Assembly (NCBI RefSeq): GCF_006345805.1
Contig: NC_043003.1
Location: 41,478,001-41,542,000 of the forward strand
DNA from: Octopus sinensis
Taxonomy: Eukaryota
Reading direction: 5' to 3'
Length of the DNA: 64,000 nt
The notes under the pieces: model-generated
Database searches by the model: none
What the model was told of the DNA's origin: nothing
Seen by the model: the letters and a program-made list of their open reading frames with translations, nothing else
Shown here: positions 41,180 through 54,322 of the stretch, one piece after another
How the letters are laid out: every line of letters begins with the position of its first letter
How positions within the stretch are numbered: the stretch's first letter is position 1
Made by a program: the position numbers and the translations under genes

Positions 41180-42559
41180 AGTGTAAAAGTACAAAAAGAG
41201 GCACACATACGTGCCAAGATATACGTACACAAAAACACAAATATATATGTTTGTATAATTTCACATGCTTATATATTTGTATATACTAGCATACACAAAA
41301 AATAAATTATGCACACATATATCATATATCAGATACACGCACACAAACACACCCACACATATAATCTCTTCATGGATATATTATATATATATATATATAA
41401 TATATATGTATATATATATACAGAAAGCTATGTATATATACATACATGTATACATGTGTGTGTAAATATATATAAACGGATAAATAGACGCACACACTCA
41501 TACACACACGCACACACACACACATATATATATACTTATACGTATATATCTACATATATAAATATATTTACACACACACACGCACACACACACATATATA
41601 TACTGGAGATACACGCACGTATATGCATATAGCTTAATGGATAAAGAGGTGTGCATACTCAGAGATATACACATGCACAAATATGAGTGAGGAGAGGAAT
41701 TGAAAATGGAGGAGATGGGGAAATTGAGAGATAGAAAGCTTTTATGTTGCCGATTTTATTTAAGGAACAACCGGAAATTGGAATGCAGCCATGCGAGGGA
41801 TCACATTCGCAAACTGTATGATCAGTTTGGATATGGGTGTAGGTGATAACTTAAATAGTGACGGAGGAGATAAAGAGGTAGAGAGGAAAAGATATTCAGA
41901 GGGAGAGACAGAGAAATAGACAGACTGAGCGAGAGAGAAAGGAGAGAAAGGAGGCAAAGTTAGAGATGAGAATAAGAGGAAGAGAGAGGGCGGGAATTGG
42001 TATACAGGAAAGAGATACAAAAAATCGAGAGAGAAAGGTAGAGATACAATGTGATACATGCGGAGAGAGATATGTATAGAAATTAAGAGATGAGGAGAAA
42101 AAGAGAGATGAAAGGTAGTATATAAAAATGCCTGGTTCCGCAAAGGGAGATAATGCAAGAGAGAGAGAGAGAGAGAGAGGAAACAGGAAATAAAAGAGGA
42201 GACAAGTAGGGAGTAAAAGAAATGGAGACATACCAAATGTAGGATAACAGTGGGTTTGTTACAACCCGAAATTAAAACACTATATTCCATGAGAGGGTGG
42301 AGACTGTGCACAAGTTACGCACATATTTGTACGCGCATACACACACACAGACACACGCACACACACTTATGCATATATAGACATAAACAAAACAATCATA
42401 TTATGCATACAATTATGAGTTTAGATACACACACAGAAACAAGTGAGTGCACACACACATGTACACACACATACATATACATATACATATACATATAAAT
42501 AGGTATGTCTATGTGTATGTGCAAGTGTGTGTATTTGGGTATGTATGTTGTATATATGG

Positions 42560-42606
<47 letters not shown>

Positions 42607-42784
42607 ATATATGCAGCAGTATTCACTCAGACCTACACTCATTGATGCATACACACCCATGCAAGCATGCATATATATGTATATACATAAATATATATAT
42701 ACACCTCTCTCTCTCCATACCTCCTTCCATTCCTCAATACACACACACACATATTCATGTATATATGTATGCATGTATTATATA

Positions 42785-42823
<39 letters not shown>

Positions 42824-43509
42824 ATATATATATATATATATATATATTATGTGTGTGTGTGTGTGTATACACGTTTTAGTATATGTGTGTATGCATGAGT
42901 GTATGTATGTGTGGTTGTGTGTGTGTGTATTTATATATGAGTATACATGAAACTAGAAAAAAAAAGAGGGAGAATTGGAAAATGGTAAAGAGAAAGATGA
43001 AAGGTAGAGATACAGTGATGGCTAAAATGTAGGCGTGTGAAAGTTTTGAATAAGTTCAGAGGGAGAGTGGATGCATGGGTATGTATGTGGGCGGTGACGA
43101 TGGAAGATTGCATTGGATGGACATGCTGAGATTTAAAGGGAGAAGGAGTGTAAATGAGACATAACAATGAAGCGATGAGAAAGAGGAAGAGGGACAAAGA
43201 TGTGGAGGAAGACTGAAAGCGAGAGGAGAGGAATTCCTATGGAAGTGAATTAGAAATATACAGAGTTAAAATGGCGATAAGGAAATGGAGAGAGGCAAGA
43301 TGAATAGTTCGTAAATAGATGCGCACGCGCGATAACGTGTTCCTGTTTGTGTATGTCTGTGTGTGTGTGTGTGTGCGTGTAAGATAGTGATAGAGAGAAT
43401 GAGATAGAGAAAGAAAGGAAGAGAAGCAGGGAGGTGATCAAGTGGGATGTGAACAAAGTGAATATTTAAAAATAAAATGACCTAACTGCGATGAATGGAT
43501 AATGCATGT

Positions 43510-43551
<42 letters not shown>

Positions 43552-43553
43552 CA

Positions 43554-43610
<57 letters not shown>

Positions 43611-43741
43611 GGAGCACGACAGAGAGTGAGGAAAAGGGAATATAGATAGAGAGATAGACAGTTAGAGAGAAACATGCAATGTAGTAATGCCTGTGAATGT
43701 ATACATACATACATACACACATGCATATATATATGTAAATA

Positions 43742-43825
<84 letters not shown>

Positions 43826-44927
43826 TATATATATATACATATATATATGCATACACTGTCACTCTCTGTGTATGTTTGTGTGTGTGTATATATATATATG
43901 TATGTATATACACAAACTCAACCACACACTTTTAAACATACAAAAACACGTGTGTAAATGGGAAATGCATAAATAGACCGAATGAGTAATATTATATGCA
44001 TAGATAGATAGGTAGTTGGAGAGAGAATGAGAGAACGAGGGGATGGAGAGGGAGAGCACGAGGGAGAAGCGAAGGAGAGGAGAGCAGGGGATGTAGTGGG
44101 AGTCGATTAGGAGGCGTTGTATGTGAGCAAATGGGAGAGAGAGAGAGAGAAAGAGATAGACTGACAGACAGACAGAGAAACATAGACAGAAACGCGGAAA
44201 AGTTTAAGCGTATGGGAAAGTTAAAATGAAAAGCAGACAGAGGAAGCAAGAAATTATGTTTGCAAACATATATAGAAATGTATTGAAGTATGGATTACTG
44301 AACGCATAAATAACGTACAAGAAGTAAAGAAAGCAACGATAAAAGCAGCATATATCCCATTATATTATAACATATTCAAGATATAATGCTATAAAGGTAG
44401 CTAGAAATCTCGGCGGGTATATCATCTCTTATGTAACGGATTTCATCGGCGCTCTATGTTGTAGTATGGAGGCGAACAAAACCGTAAGCATAAAATCTAA
44501 AAACAAATAACCCGGATTGATAATGGCGGAAAATTATGCTGTTTATTATAACTACAAAACAAAGCCTGTAACAAATTTAGCAATACCGAATATGCTATAC
44601 CAACCAATACCAATACCAAATAACAGCAAACCAATACCTATGACAATTAAAAACTAAAATGTATCCAGACATATCAGGCAATGGCATCTGCATAACCACC
44701 TGCTGCAGCAAAACGACAACGAAATCTCCAGCAACCCCACTAGCTTGAGCAGCAAATGTCATGACAGGCATCTTAGAGAACATAATTCATGAGGGAATGA
44801 AATGCAATAGACACAATTATAATTACAGTATGAACTATTGCCGGTACGAAAAATTGCCATATATTTAACAACTGCAATAAGATAATCTACAAATTCAATT
44901 GCTGCGGTAAGAATTGCAATATCAGTT

Positions 44928-44958
<31 letters not shown>

Positions 44959-45025
44959 AACAAAACATAGAATAGCAGTAATAACCACAACAACATCAAC
45001 AATAATCACTGTACTGTAGTAGGGT

Positions 45026-45714
45026 TATTGAAACTACTAATATCTAGATCCGCACCCTGTGGGGAAAATGGAAACGAAACTGTGTGACAGTTGTAAGGCA
45101 CCGTATATTAAAGGAATATGAGGAAAAAAATGTGCGCTGAAAAACGGGTGTGTGGAGTTCCCGGAAAATTCACACTATTAACCGTACTAAACCTCAACAC
45201 CTGGTCACAGGAGTGAGAGAGAAATCGTCTAATACTCTTAATGCAATGTATATTCAACAAATATTAAGAAAAAAATGCGCGCTGACAAACGGGGGGTGGG
45301 GAGAGGGCTCGGAAATTTCACACGATCACCCGTACAGAATCCGAGCACTAAACCTCAACTCTCGGTCACAGGAGTGAAACAGAAATCGTCTTGTGTGAAT
45401 TTTCCGAGCCTTCTCCTCACGCCCCGTTTGTCAGCGCCCACTTCTTTTCTTAATATTTGTTGAATAAACATTGCATTAGAAGTATTAGAGGAATTCTGTT
45501 TCACCCCTGTGACCGGCTCTTGAGGTTTAGTACTCGGATTCTGTACGGTTGATCGTGCCAATTTTCCGAGCCCTGCCCCACCCCGTTTGTCAGCGCGCAT
45601 TTGTTTCTTCATATTCCTTTAATATACGGTACTTTACAACTGTTACACATTTTCGTTTCCATTTTCCCCCACCGGGTGCGGACCTAGATATTAACCCCTG
45701 TAGTAGTTTCAATA
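45026..45714. mobile_element. Foldback-type element with internally repeated inverted arms
   Basis: Outer inverted homology (aatatctagatccgcaccc...ggggaaaatggaaacg vs its reverse complement ending about 45692). Each arm contains a ~146-bp subrepeat twice; inversion point near 45391. Confidence 0.8.
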
Positions 45715-46433
45715 GCTTGCAAAGACGACAGCAGCAGAAATAGCACCGTTATCTACGATAGCAATATTTACAGTGAAGCTTCAGCAGGTTCAGAGATGCA
45801 GAGGTTAAACACTTGAAAGAGCAAATTTTCAAATCAATTGTAAATGAAACAAAAGTTTGAACATGTACTAGAAACAGTAGCAATGACGAGAATGGGACCC
45901 AAAACAACAATTAGGATCATGGTGAAAGAGAGAGACCAAAAGCTAGAGAGACAGGAATAACAAAAGCAAACTTAACTGAAAGATAAGTAACAGTTGCTGT
46001 ATCAGAAGCTAGATGTCCACTGGATGTTCAAACAACTACAGTATCTAGAAATAGGAGCTAAATCTCAAATCACACTATAATTTCTTCAAAACTCACGAAA
46101 CGTCTCAAGAATTTGACAAATATTTTCATTTTTGATTGTACGTCCTAGTTCCTTAGGGACAGAAGAATTCTAGCTTGCATGCAGCTGTAATAGTAGCAGC
46201 AGCAGCAGCAGCAGCCGTTCAAATATTTGGACTTGGAGATCTCCATTTCCAGCGACTTCGAGGGCCACCTCCCAGTGGTGTCCAGCGTCAACAAAGAGCC
46301 CTCGACTACAAGACGACCAAAGTTTTTTCTTCCAAGGTCTGGGCTCTTCCGCCCCTAAGCCCTAGACCATCACCTAATCTCTCTTACCCGTCTTGTTGCT
46401 TAACAACAAAACAACATCAGCAGCAGCAGCAAC

Positions 46434-46501
<68 letters not shown>

Positions 46502-47066
46502 CAGCAGCAGCAGCAGCAGTGACAGCTGCAGCAGTGGCAGCAGCAGAGCCCTTTAGGGGTTCAGATAACTCTTAATCATATTTCAACTGGTTTTAAGTTT
46601 GTAATCTGTCGGGTCACTACTTCGCACACAAACTCACGAATTCGATTGGCTACCAATGTTCACTACCTGCAAACAAAGCATTTTTGTCATATCAGAGTAA
46701 TCTCTCTTGATAACTGATACCGAAGAGAATTAACGAAGTTGAAAGCAATGCATCTATCAGTCAAGTACATGATGTTCTGAGCTAACTATCGTGTTCTAAC
46801 ACCAATTTCTCGATGACGAACAGGTTGTTGAAATATCTCTCAAACATATTTGAACAAGTCTTAAATTTATGTGTGTAAAAGTGCTTTGCTCGAAACGTTA
46901 AACATCTTTCTTTCTTTCCCTAAGCGTCTGCTAATACTTTACATGTACCAATTCCTCACGTTGTTGTTTTTTTGTGTTTGTTCTTCGTTTTTTGGGGGGA
47001 GGGGGGGATTATTTATATACATAAATATATGTATATATATGTATGTATATATATGTGTGTGTATGC

Positions 47067-47108
<42 letters not shown>

Positions 47109-47153
47109 GCGTACATGTGTATGTCTGTATATGTATATATACATCTATATATC

Positions 47154-47196
<43 letters not shown>

Positions 47197-48088
47197 AATA
47201 TACATATACACAGCCACGCACGCACATTTTGAATGAGAGAAACGGATGTGAAGATGCTTAGATTTAAGCCTCATCGTACGTTGAAAGAAACCCTCGTGGA
47301 TAATAAGGAAAATAATGAATACCAGTTTAATAACAAATATTATATTGAATATTTCAAATGTTCCTTACAAACTTGTTATTTGTTCTGCCACTCATCAGAC
47401 GAAACTAAATTACTAAATTAATAAACTCTTTATACAGGGTTGATTAGAATAAAATTTTAAAGTCCGCAGAGAATACTTGCATTTAGGTATTTGTGGTATA
47501 CGCAAAATATCACAGAAGTATATTGACTGTTGAATTTGCATAACAGTGAAACCGTAAGCATCCTGAATTCATGACACATAACGAATTAGTTTTATGCAGT
47601 ATAAATATCTATAGCCTACTATTCTCTCTAACTGTAGACACTTGAGTAACCGACCTTTGATGACGCTGTTGAATGTATTCAAATCCATCCAAGTATTCTC
47701 TTGTCTGGGGCTATATAATGCTGTAATCGTCTCAGAGAGAAAATTCGTTGGTCTAACATTATATCTAGATTTCAGAGAAATTGTAAAAGTATTTGTATAC
47801 TAAACAAGGTGCCTGAAAAATTTTAACTTGCATCTCATGAATCTACATCAATAACAGTAACATGAAAGAGCAACAACAACAACTGCATGGCAGCAGCTGT
47901 AGTAGGTATTAAGTACTCGGAGGTGTATTCTCATCCATATAGAGAATGGCAAACTTATCAATCTCATAGACGTCTGAGATAATGTTAATACCATAGGAAA
48001 CAGCCCCCGCTTCCACAGTCCCAACATATGACTATATATATATGTATATATATATATATATATACATACATACATACATATATATATA

Positions 48089-48184
<96 letters not shown>

Positions 48185-48203
48185 ATGTGTGTGTGTGTGT
48201 GTG

Positions 48204-48341
48204 TAGGCGTAGGAGTGGCTGTGTGGTACGTAGTTTCCTTACTAACCACATGGTTCCAGTTTCAGTCCCACTGCGTGGCACTTGGGCAAGTCTCTTTTGA
48301 GTGGATTTGGTAGACGGAAACTGAAAAAAGACCGTCGTATA
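48204..48341 (+). mobile_element. Internally deleted SINE (14761 family)
   Basis: Head and gtagacggaaactgaaa motif present; middle and 3' part missing. Confidence 0.8.
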
Positions 48342-48791
48342 TCTAACAAAGTGGAGTTGTAAGGTACCGCACGAGTGGAATTATATATGAAAGAAAGTTT
48401 GAAAATGCAATTTTAAAAGATGTTTATTTACTTTAGCGGTTTAACTTTTTAGGAAAAGATTGTCAAAAGTAACATGTAAAAGTTTGTCTGTGTTAATCAT
48501 TGGTTGTCACAAAATGCTACAATACATATATACAGTCTTTGGTAACAAGGACATGTTAAGGACATAAAAAAAGTTTAACAAGTTCATTAAAATATTGGGC
48601 TCAAAAGATTACATCATATATATACATTCTCAAGAAAATGTTAAAGATAGTTTCCAGAAGGAAGTATTAAAAAGTCCAGTGGAATATATTGGTATTGTAT
48701 CTGTATATACATACACGCACAGAATACTATGAGTTCAAAAAAGTTTACATTATAGTAGTAGGGAAGCTCAAACTGACCTGGTCCACCATAT

Positions 48792-49139
48792 GGGGATAAG
48801 GATGGATAAATAATAAAAAATAAAAAACAAAAAATTATAGTGGGATACGCCAATAAGTTTTACCCGGTGGAGAGGTGTATATACAGTAAGGTTTTATATT
48901 AATCATTATAATTTTTAATAGTTATGTTTGTAGTACTAATTAATAGTTTTAATCATTATAAAGTGCTAATTGGTTAAATGTACATATAACCGATTAGCAC
49001 TTTATTATGATTAATACTATTATTATTAATACTAATACTTTACTGTATCTACACCCATTCCCCGATTAAAACGTATTGGCATATCCCTCTATTATTTTTT
49101 TTTGTTTTTTATTTTTTATTATTTATCCATCCTATCCCC
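48792..49139. mobile_element. MITE-like long hairpin element
   Basis: ggggataaggatggataaataataaaaaataaaaaac... is mirrored at 49139. Innermost 27-bp arms (48950-48976 and 48987-49013) have 2 mismatches around a 10-nt loop. Confidence 0.75.
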
Positions 49140-49897
49140 GCCCCCTGTACAAAGGACTAATTCGTACAAGGCTATCTTGGTCAGCTTTTTTTTCACTTAA
49201 CGTCCTAAAGAAACATACAGCAAAATGGTATGATTAAAACCATATTCAACGTTTCCCATTTTCCTCTGTATACTCTTCTTTATTTATTCTTCACTCAGAT
49301 GAAGCACCTTGTTTTAGCTCGGTTTTATCACCAAATATTATAAATATTTTTGAAACTTAATGGTAATACGATACAACATACGAAACAGAAACAGCTGTTA
49401 GATGGGATGCAGTCAATTTGCTTTGAATTACTTAATAATATTTGATGCAAGTCAATTGTTGTTCATCAGTACTTCTCCATTTTCTGTTTCCTTTATATGT
49501 ATAATACTGTGAATTGTTTTGTTAAGCACTTCCGATTTTTACAATTCTGTCGCGCCCCACGCTTACGGGAAAACGTACTTTTTACAAAATTGTAAAAAGT
49601 CGACACTACTTAACAAAACCATTTGCAATAAAACCACATGCACGTTTGTTTACAAAAACAACTACAAACTAATTACAGTTCTTAAATCTGACAGAAAAAA
49701 CAGATAGGTTCGCTGGTATAATCGGAAGCAGACTCGTTCGGGTAAACAACGATGAGTGTGTTCGAGACCAATGAGTACGGGAAAACGTAATTTTTTTCTG
49801 TCGAGGGCTTATATACCCCATTAATAGATTATTTCCTTTAGTCATTGCGCAGTGATCGCAGTAAGCTTTAAGCTTGTATAATACTATAATTTTATTT

Positions 49898-49931
<34 letters not shown>

Positions 49932-49984
49932 GGTGATGTACTTGCATAGCAAGTGATCTGATCTGAGATCGTGTGCTGGAAAGA

Positions 49985-50246
49985 AAACAATTGCAGCGTG
50001 GAAGGTGTTCGTAAGCCATTTATGAAACACACAAAAATCGTTCGATTCACTTCAACATTGAAATTTAATATGTCAAAATATTTTCGTCGCTTTGAGATGC
50101 AGCACGGAATTTTGTCAGTGAACAGGTCGCAGTCCCAAAGCAACGAAAATATTTTGACAAATTAAATTTAAATGTTGAAGTGAATCTAACGGCGTTTTTT
50201 TTGTTTCTTAAATGTCATATAAACGCCTTCCACGCTGCAATTGTTT
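49985..50246. mobile_element. MITE-like inverted-repeat element between (TA)n tracts
   Basis: About 110-bp imperfect arms (aaacaattgcagcgtggaagg...caaaatattttcgtcgcttt and its reverse complement) with a ~43-nt spacer. Confidence 0.75.
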
Positions 50247-50326
50247 ATATATATATGTGACCTAGTGAAGACCACTTGCATTTTTTTCCCTCTGTCCTCC
50301 CACTTCGGGATCTTTCTTTCTCCTAT

Positions 50327-50361
50327 GTTTCCGACGAAGAGCTCCGCTCGAAACGTCATAC
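50327..50361 (+). ncRNA. Minimal hammerhead motif (CCGA core, extra A after A9) in a short repeat at about 50255-50455
   Basis: GTTT-CCGACGA-A-GAGC(TCC)GCTC-GAAAC-GTC-ATAC. Stem I has one mismatch; stem III is the zero-loop palindrome ACGT. Confidence 0.65.
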
Positions 50362-50456
50362 CCTCCTTCTTCCCTTCTTTCCTGAGCGCCCAATAATACT
50401 TTGTTTCACATCCTCGCGTTGTTGTCTTTTTGTTTTCTTGTTTGGATTAACTTTAT

Positions 50457-50782
50457 CATGGCTCAGTGGTTAGAGCGTCGAGCTTACGATCGTGAGGTTG
50501 TGAGCTCGAATCCCGGTCCGGGCTGCGTGTTGTGTTCTTGAGCAAAGCACTTTATTTCACGTTGCTCCAGTTCACTCAGCTGTAGAAATGAGTTGCGACG
50601 TCACAGGTGCCAAGCTGTATCGACCTTTGTCTTTCCCTTGGATAAACACTGGTGGCGTGGAGAGGGGACGCTGGTATGCATGGGCGACTGCTGGTCTTCC
50701 ATAAACAACCTTGCCCGGACTTGTGTCTAGGAGGGTAACTTTCTAGGTGCAATCCTATGGTCATTCATGACCGAAGGGGGTC
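50457..50782 (+). mobile_element. Full-length tRNA-derived SINE
   Basis: A box TGGCTCAGTGG, B box GCTCGAATCCC, a conserved central core shared with 4393-4645, and an A/TA tail into which the PLE is inserted. Confidence 0.9.
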
Positions 50783-50809
50783 AAAAAAAAAAAAAATATA
50801 TATATATAT

Positions 50810-53080
50810 ATATATAAGAAAATGGTAAAGAGTGAAAAAACGACAGAAGGCTTAAATGTTAAAAAATATATATATTTGTGTCAAAATGTCTGGAGAATAT
50901 TGGAAAAATTTTTTTCCCGATCCTTAAAATGACATAATTTTATAATTTTTAAAGAAAATTTTTAAAGAAATACCGGTTTCGCGTGTAGCTTTTCAAATTT
51001 CTTGTGACGTTATGTTTATATTGCATGGAGTTATCGTTGTGTTTATTTTCAGGAGATTTCTAAATAAGGGGAGGTAGTGAGTGATTTCTTCCGGTGTAAG
51101 GGAGATAATCGCTTAAAAAATGTTTTCCTTTCCCTTGTTAATTTCTCTGTGTCAGTATGTTCGGATGGTTGAGTCTGGGTTTGTACTTTTCAATGAAGAA
51201 TGTTTCCTTGTTCAGTCTCATTTGTGTTGATGATCCGAAAGCACATTGGTAAAATGGGAAGATTAAAAATTGTGGCAGTAGTTGCTTTGCGCATTTCTCA
51301 ATGTGCTCACTAAAAGGTATCATTCTATATTCTGGGAATGCAATCTGTTGTCGATGCAGTGTGCATCTACGCCTGAGTGATAGTCCCGTGGAACCCACGT
51401 AGTCTTGGTGGCAGCCCGAGCATTTAATGACATAAATTATGTTTTCAGAGGCACAAGTAAAGTTAGATTTGATCTTGAATTTCTGTCCCTCTTTAAAGAA
51501 GAATTCTGATCCTTCCAATAGGTTAGGACATGTTGCACAGTTCGATCTACCACATTTTTTTACTTTTGCATCCGTAATTTCAGAAGACAATTTTGCCTTT
51601 GTGAGAATCTTTTTAAGTGATTTAGGCTGTTTGTAGCTTTTAATGATTTGGTGTATGTTTAGAATTTCCTTTAATTTTGGGTTTTTATGAAGTATTGGTA
51701 AATTCTGGGTGATGATGGTGAAGGCTTCTTTGTTTCTGGGGTTGTATGTAGATATGTAAGGTAGTATTTTCGGGGAAGTGTGTTGTTGTGTTGAACTTTT
51801 CTTAAAATTTCTATGTTGATTTCTGTTGCACGTCTGATCCCATCCTCTATGAGTTGAGCTGGGTAATGTCTGTCAATTAGGGTGTTTTTGAGTTCTTGCA
51901 GTCTAAAGTTCCTGGTATTTTGTTCTGTCACTATTGTGCATATCCTTCTTGCAAGGTTGAAGGGGATGTTTGTTTTAGTGTGTCTTGGGTGGCATGAATT
52001 AAAAAGAAGGTATTGTTTGGCGTCTGTGGCTTTGTAAAAAATGTCTGTTTCTATTTTAAGGTTATTTTTTTAAATTAGTATATCCAAGAACGGGAGCTCC
52101 TTTTGGTTGTATTCCATTGTGAACTGTATATTTGGGTTTATGCTGTTCAATAGGTTTTTAAATTTTAGGAGTTTATCTATGTTTTCATTCCAGAGAATGA
52201 AACAATCGTCTAGGAATCGTTTCCAATTCTCTTTTATGTATTGAGAGAGGGAGTTTCCAAAGATTGATAGAGATTCCTGGTGAATGATTATTTCCATGTA
52301 TCCCATTGTTAAGTTCGCAATGACTGGTGCTGCCCTTGTACCCATAGCAATTCCGGATTTTTGACGGTAAAATGTATTGTCAAACATGAAGTGGTTATTG
52401 TGTAGGATGAATTCAATTGATTTAGTAATGAATTCCTTACTGATCCTTTTTGGTATTTCTTCCGGAAATTGGTCTAACCAGAACTGTATTGCCTCCAGTC
52501 CATAATTATGAGGTATACTGGTATACAAGTTGACTACATCAAATGAGACCAGGATTGTTTCTTCCTTGGTTTTTTTGGAAGGTGGTTTAACATATCTAAG
52601 TCATCTCTGATATGGCTATCGATATGTTTAAGGAAGGGTTTCAGGAGGATGTTCATAAGTAGACTTAGTCTGTGTGTTTCACAGGTTGGGCCAGCTACAA
52701 TGGGTCGTAGTTTTAGGTCCCCCGGATTAGGTGTGTGTATGTATGTCTTTGGTGATTTTTCAATGGTTTCATTTATAATTTGACTTTTATGAATTTTTGG
52801 CAGACCATAGAAAAGGCTATGTTTGCATTTAAAGTTTGTTAGGAAGTCAATCTCTTTGGTTGTCAGTTCCTTTTCATGGGTTTTAATTAGTGAAGATAGA
52901 GTTTTCATTATTTTTTGTGGGGTGTAGTTGGTAATGTTTTCATAATGTAGGTCGTCATCAAGCAAGGAAATTACAAGATTTCTGTAGTATGATGTATCCA
53001 TTATTACAACTGCATTTCCCTTGTCCGCTTCCTTAATGGTTATATCTTCATCATTTTGGAGTTCTATCAGTTCTTTCCAT
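50810..53080 (-). pseudogene. Inverted 5'-truncated copy (pLTR) of the PLE, matching 54814-57086
   Basis: About a dozen differences over 2.27 kb, including two 1-nt deletions and a premature TAA. These split it into the ORFs 52534..53001, 52070..52528, 51671..51931 and 51138..51590. Confidence 0.95.
50965..51003 (-). ncRNA. Minimal hammerhead, U3-A8 variant, in the inverted pLTR
   Basis: Exact reverse complement of 56893-56931. Confidence 0.75.
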
Positions 53081-53118
53081 ATTCACCCACGTGCTTTACC
53101 AAACAAACTTTCTTATCT
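53079..53118 (+). repeat. 40-bp terminal direct repeat of the PLE unit (second copy at 57083-57122)
   Basis: atattcacccacgtgctttaccaaacaaactttcttatct is identical at the 5' start and the 3' end. It is absent from the inverted copy beyond its first bases. Confidence 0.95.
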
Positions 53119-53143
53119 ATATATTAAACACGTGAGAACGAAA

Positions 53144-54322
53144 ATGCCACAGAAGTCAAACACCTCGGACAAAACCTTAAATGAGGACATACTCAAAGAA
53201 CTGAAAAATATTAATTCACAGCTTCTTAACCTGAACAACAAAATCGAGGAATCAAACTTACTCGCCCGGGAAAGTAAAAGCAATGAAGATGCAACCCGCT
53301 ACACTGACCAGGTGAGTAAGGATCTACAACTGCTATATACAACACTAAACTCAATTTTCATCAACAAATCCGAAAATAATACAGAGGCACCTAATGAAAC
53401 ACAGCAGGACACCATACGCACCCAAACCAACCCAGCAAAAAGAAAAATAGGAAACGTTTGGAATACAAACCTGCACAACAGAAAACTCACCTTCTGGAAC
53501 ATGATAAAAAATTCCAACAAAGCAGATATCTACGAGGGATGGATAAACGCAACACCAATTATCCTACCATGCAAATTCCAGATAAAATTAATTCCTAACG
53601 AGCCTGACGGACAGAGATCTATTAGAGAAAAGTCAGCTCTATTCAATTTTAAATCAGAAATAGAGCTTCTAAGACTCAGGGCCTCCACAAATGAAGAAAA
53701 ACTTAAAAGCATAGACGAGGAGATGCACAATCTAATACTAAAACATACCGAGGGACAACCCCTCGATAATACATTGGATCATTGGAAGGATTCCTGTGAG
53801 AGAGAAGAGAGAAATTCTCTCCTACGCTGGGAGAAAAACATGGACTTCTTCCAAAAATATAGTGAAACCTTCAAAAATGAATTGGGTACAAATAATCCCT
53901 TCCTTAAGAAAATTACAATAAATAAAAAAGAAAAACCTAACAACCCACGAACAACCCCCAACTATCCTCCATACACTAAAAACAGAAATCACCCACAACC
54001 AACCTTTACAAACCACGCTAGACCTAACAGGGAACTAGCTGACAGAGGACGCGTCTATGAAAGAAATTACACCAAAAACAGAACAAACCAACAACATCCT
54101 AATACCAGACCCAACCACCATACAGCACAATACGACACTAGGATAAGAAATACACCACACACAAATCGCTACTACCCCATGAACCAAAACTACTGGTCCC
54201 CACTAAACACAAGACAAACGCAAAGAAACACTATGTCAAGCAACATCCCACATACAAGAAGTTCGAAACAAAAATATTTCCATACAGAAATTTTACACAC
54301 ACCACAAGCAATAACACCATAG
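53144..54322 (+). CDS. PLE ORF1: predicted coiled-coil N-terminus plus N/H/T/R/Q-rich low-complexity C-terminus (392 aa from MPQKSN)
   Basis: First ATG inside the element. The upstream part of the listed 53021 ORF comes from the inverted copy. Heptad-like segments include ILKELKNINSQLLNLNNKIEE and EIELLRLRASTNEEKLKSIDEEMHNLI. The true C-terminus may run in another frame to 54497. Confidence 0.75.
   Translation: MPQKSNTSDKTLNEDILKELKNINSQLLNLNNKIEESNLLARESKSNEDATRYTDQVSKDLQLLYTTLNSIFINKSENNTEAPNETQQDTIRTQTNPAKRKIGNVWNTNLHNRKLTFWNMIKNSNKADIYEGWINATPIILPCKFQIKLIPNEPDGQRSIREKSALFNFKSEIELLRLRASTNEEKLKSIDEEMHNLILKHTEGQPLDNTLDHWKDSCEREERNSLLRWEKNMDFFQKYSETFKNELGTNNPFLKKITINKKEKPNNPRTTPNYPPYTKNRNHPQPTFTNHARPNRELADRGRVYERNYTKNRTNQQHPNTRPNHHTAQYDTRIRNTPHTNRYYPMNQNYWSPLNTRQTQRNTMSSNIPHTRSSKQKYFHTEILHTPQAITP

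Noticed and set aside
46200-46345. Frame reading PFKYLDLEISISSDFEGHLPVVSSV as an RT or host exon fragment
   Set aside because: Short, embedded in (CAG)/(TAG) repeats, with no additional motifs.
47370-47402. CTGATGAG on the minus strand
   Set aside because: No closing stem II or GAAAC at a suitable distance.
49735-49800. CGATGAG...GAGAC and CAATGAG...GAAAACGTA strings
   Set aside because: Cores and stems are too degenerate to call.
50457-50530. tRNA gene
   Set aside because: The A/B boxes continue into a SINE body and tail, and no acceptor stem closes.
53021-53143. N-terminal 41 aa of the listed 433-aa ORF
   Set aside because: It starts in the antisense of the inverted pLTR and crosses the junction. 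The element's own first ATG is at 53144.
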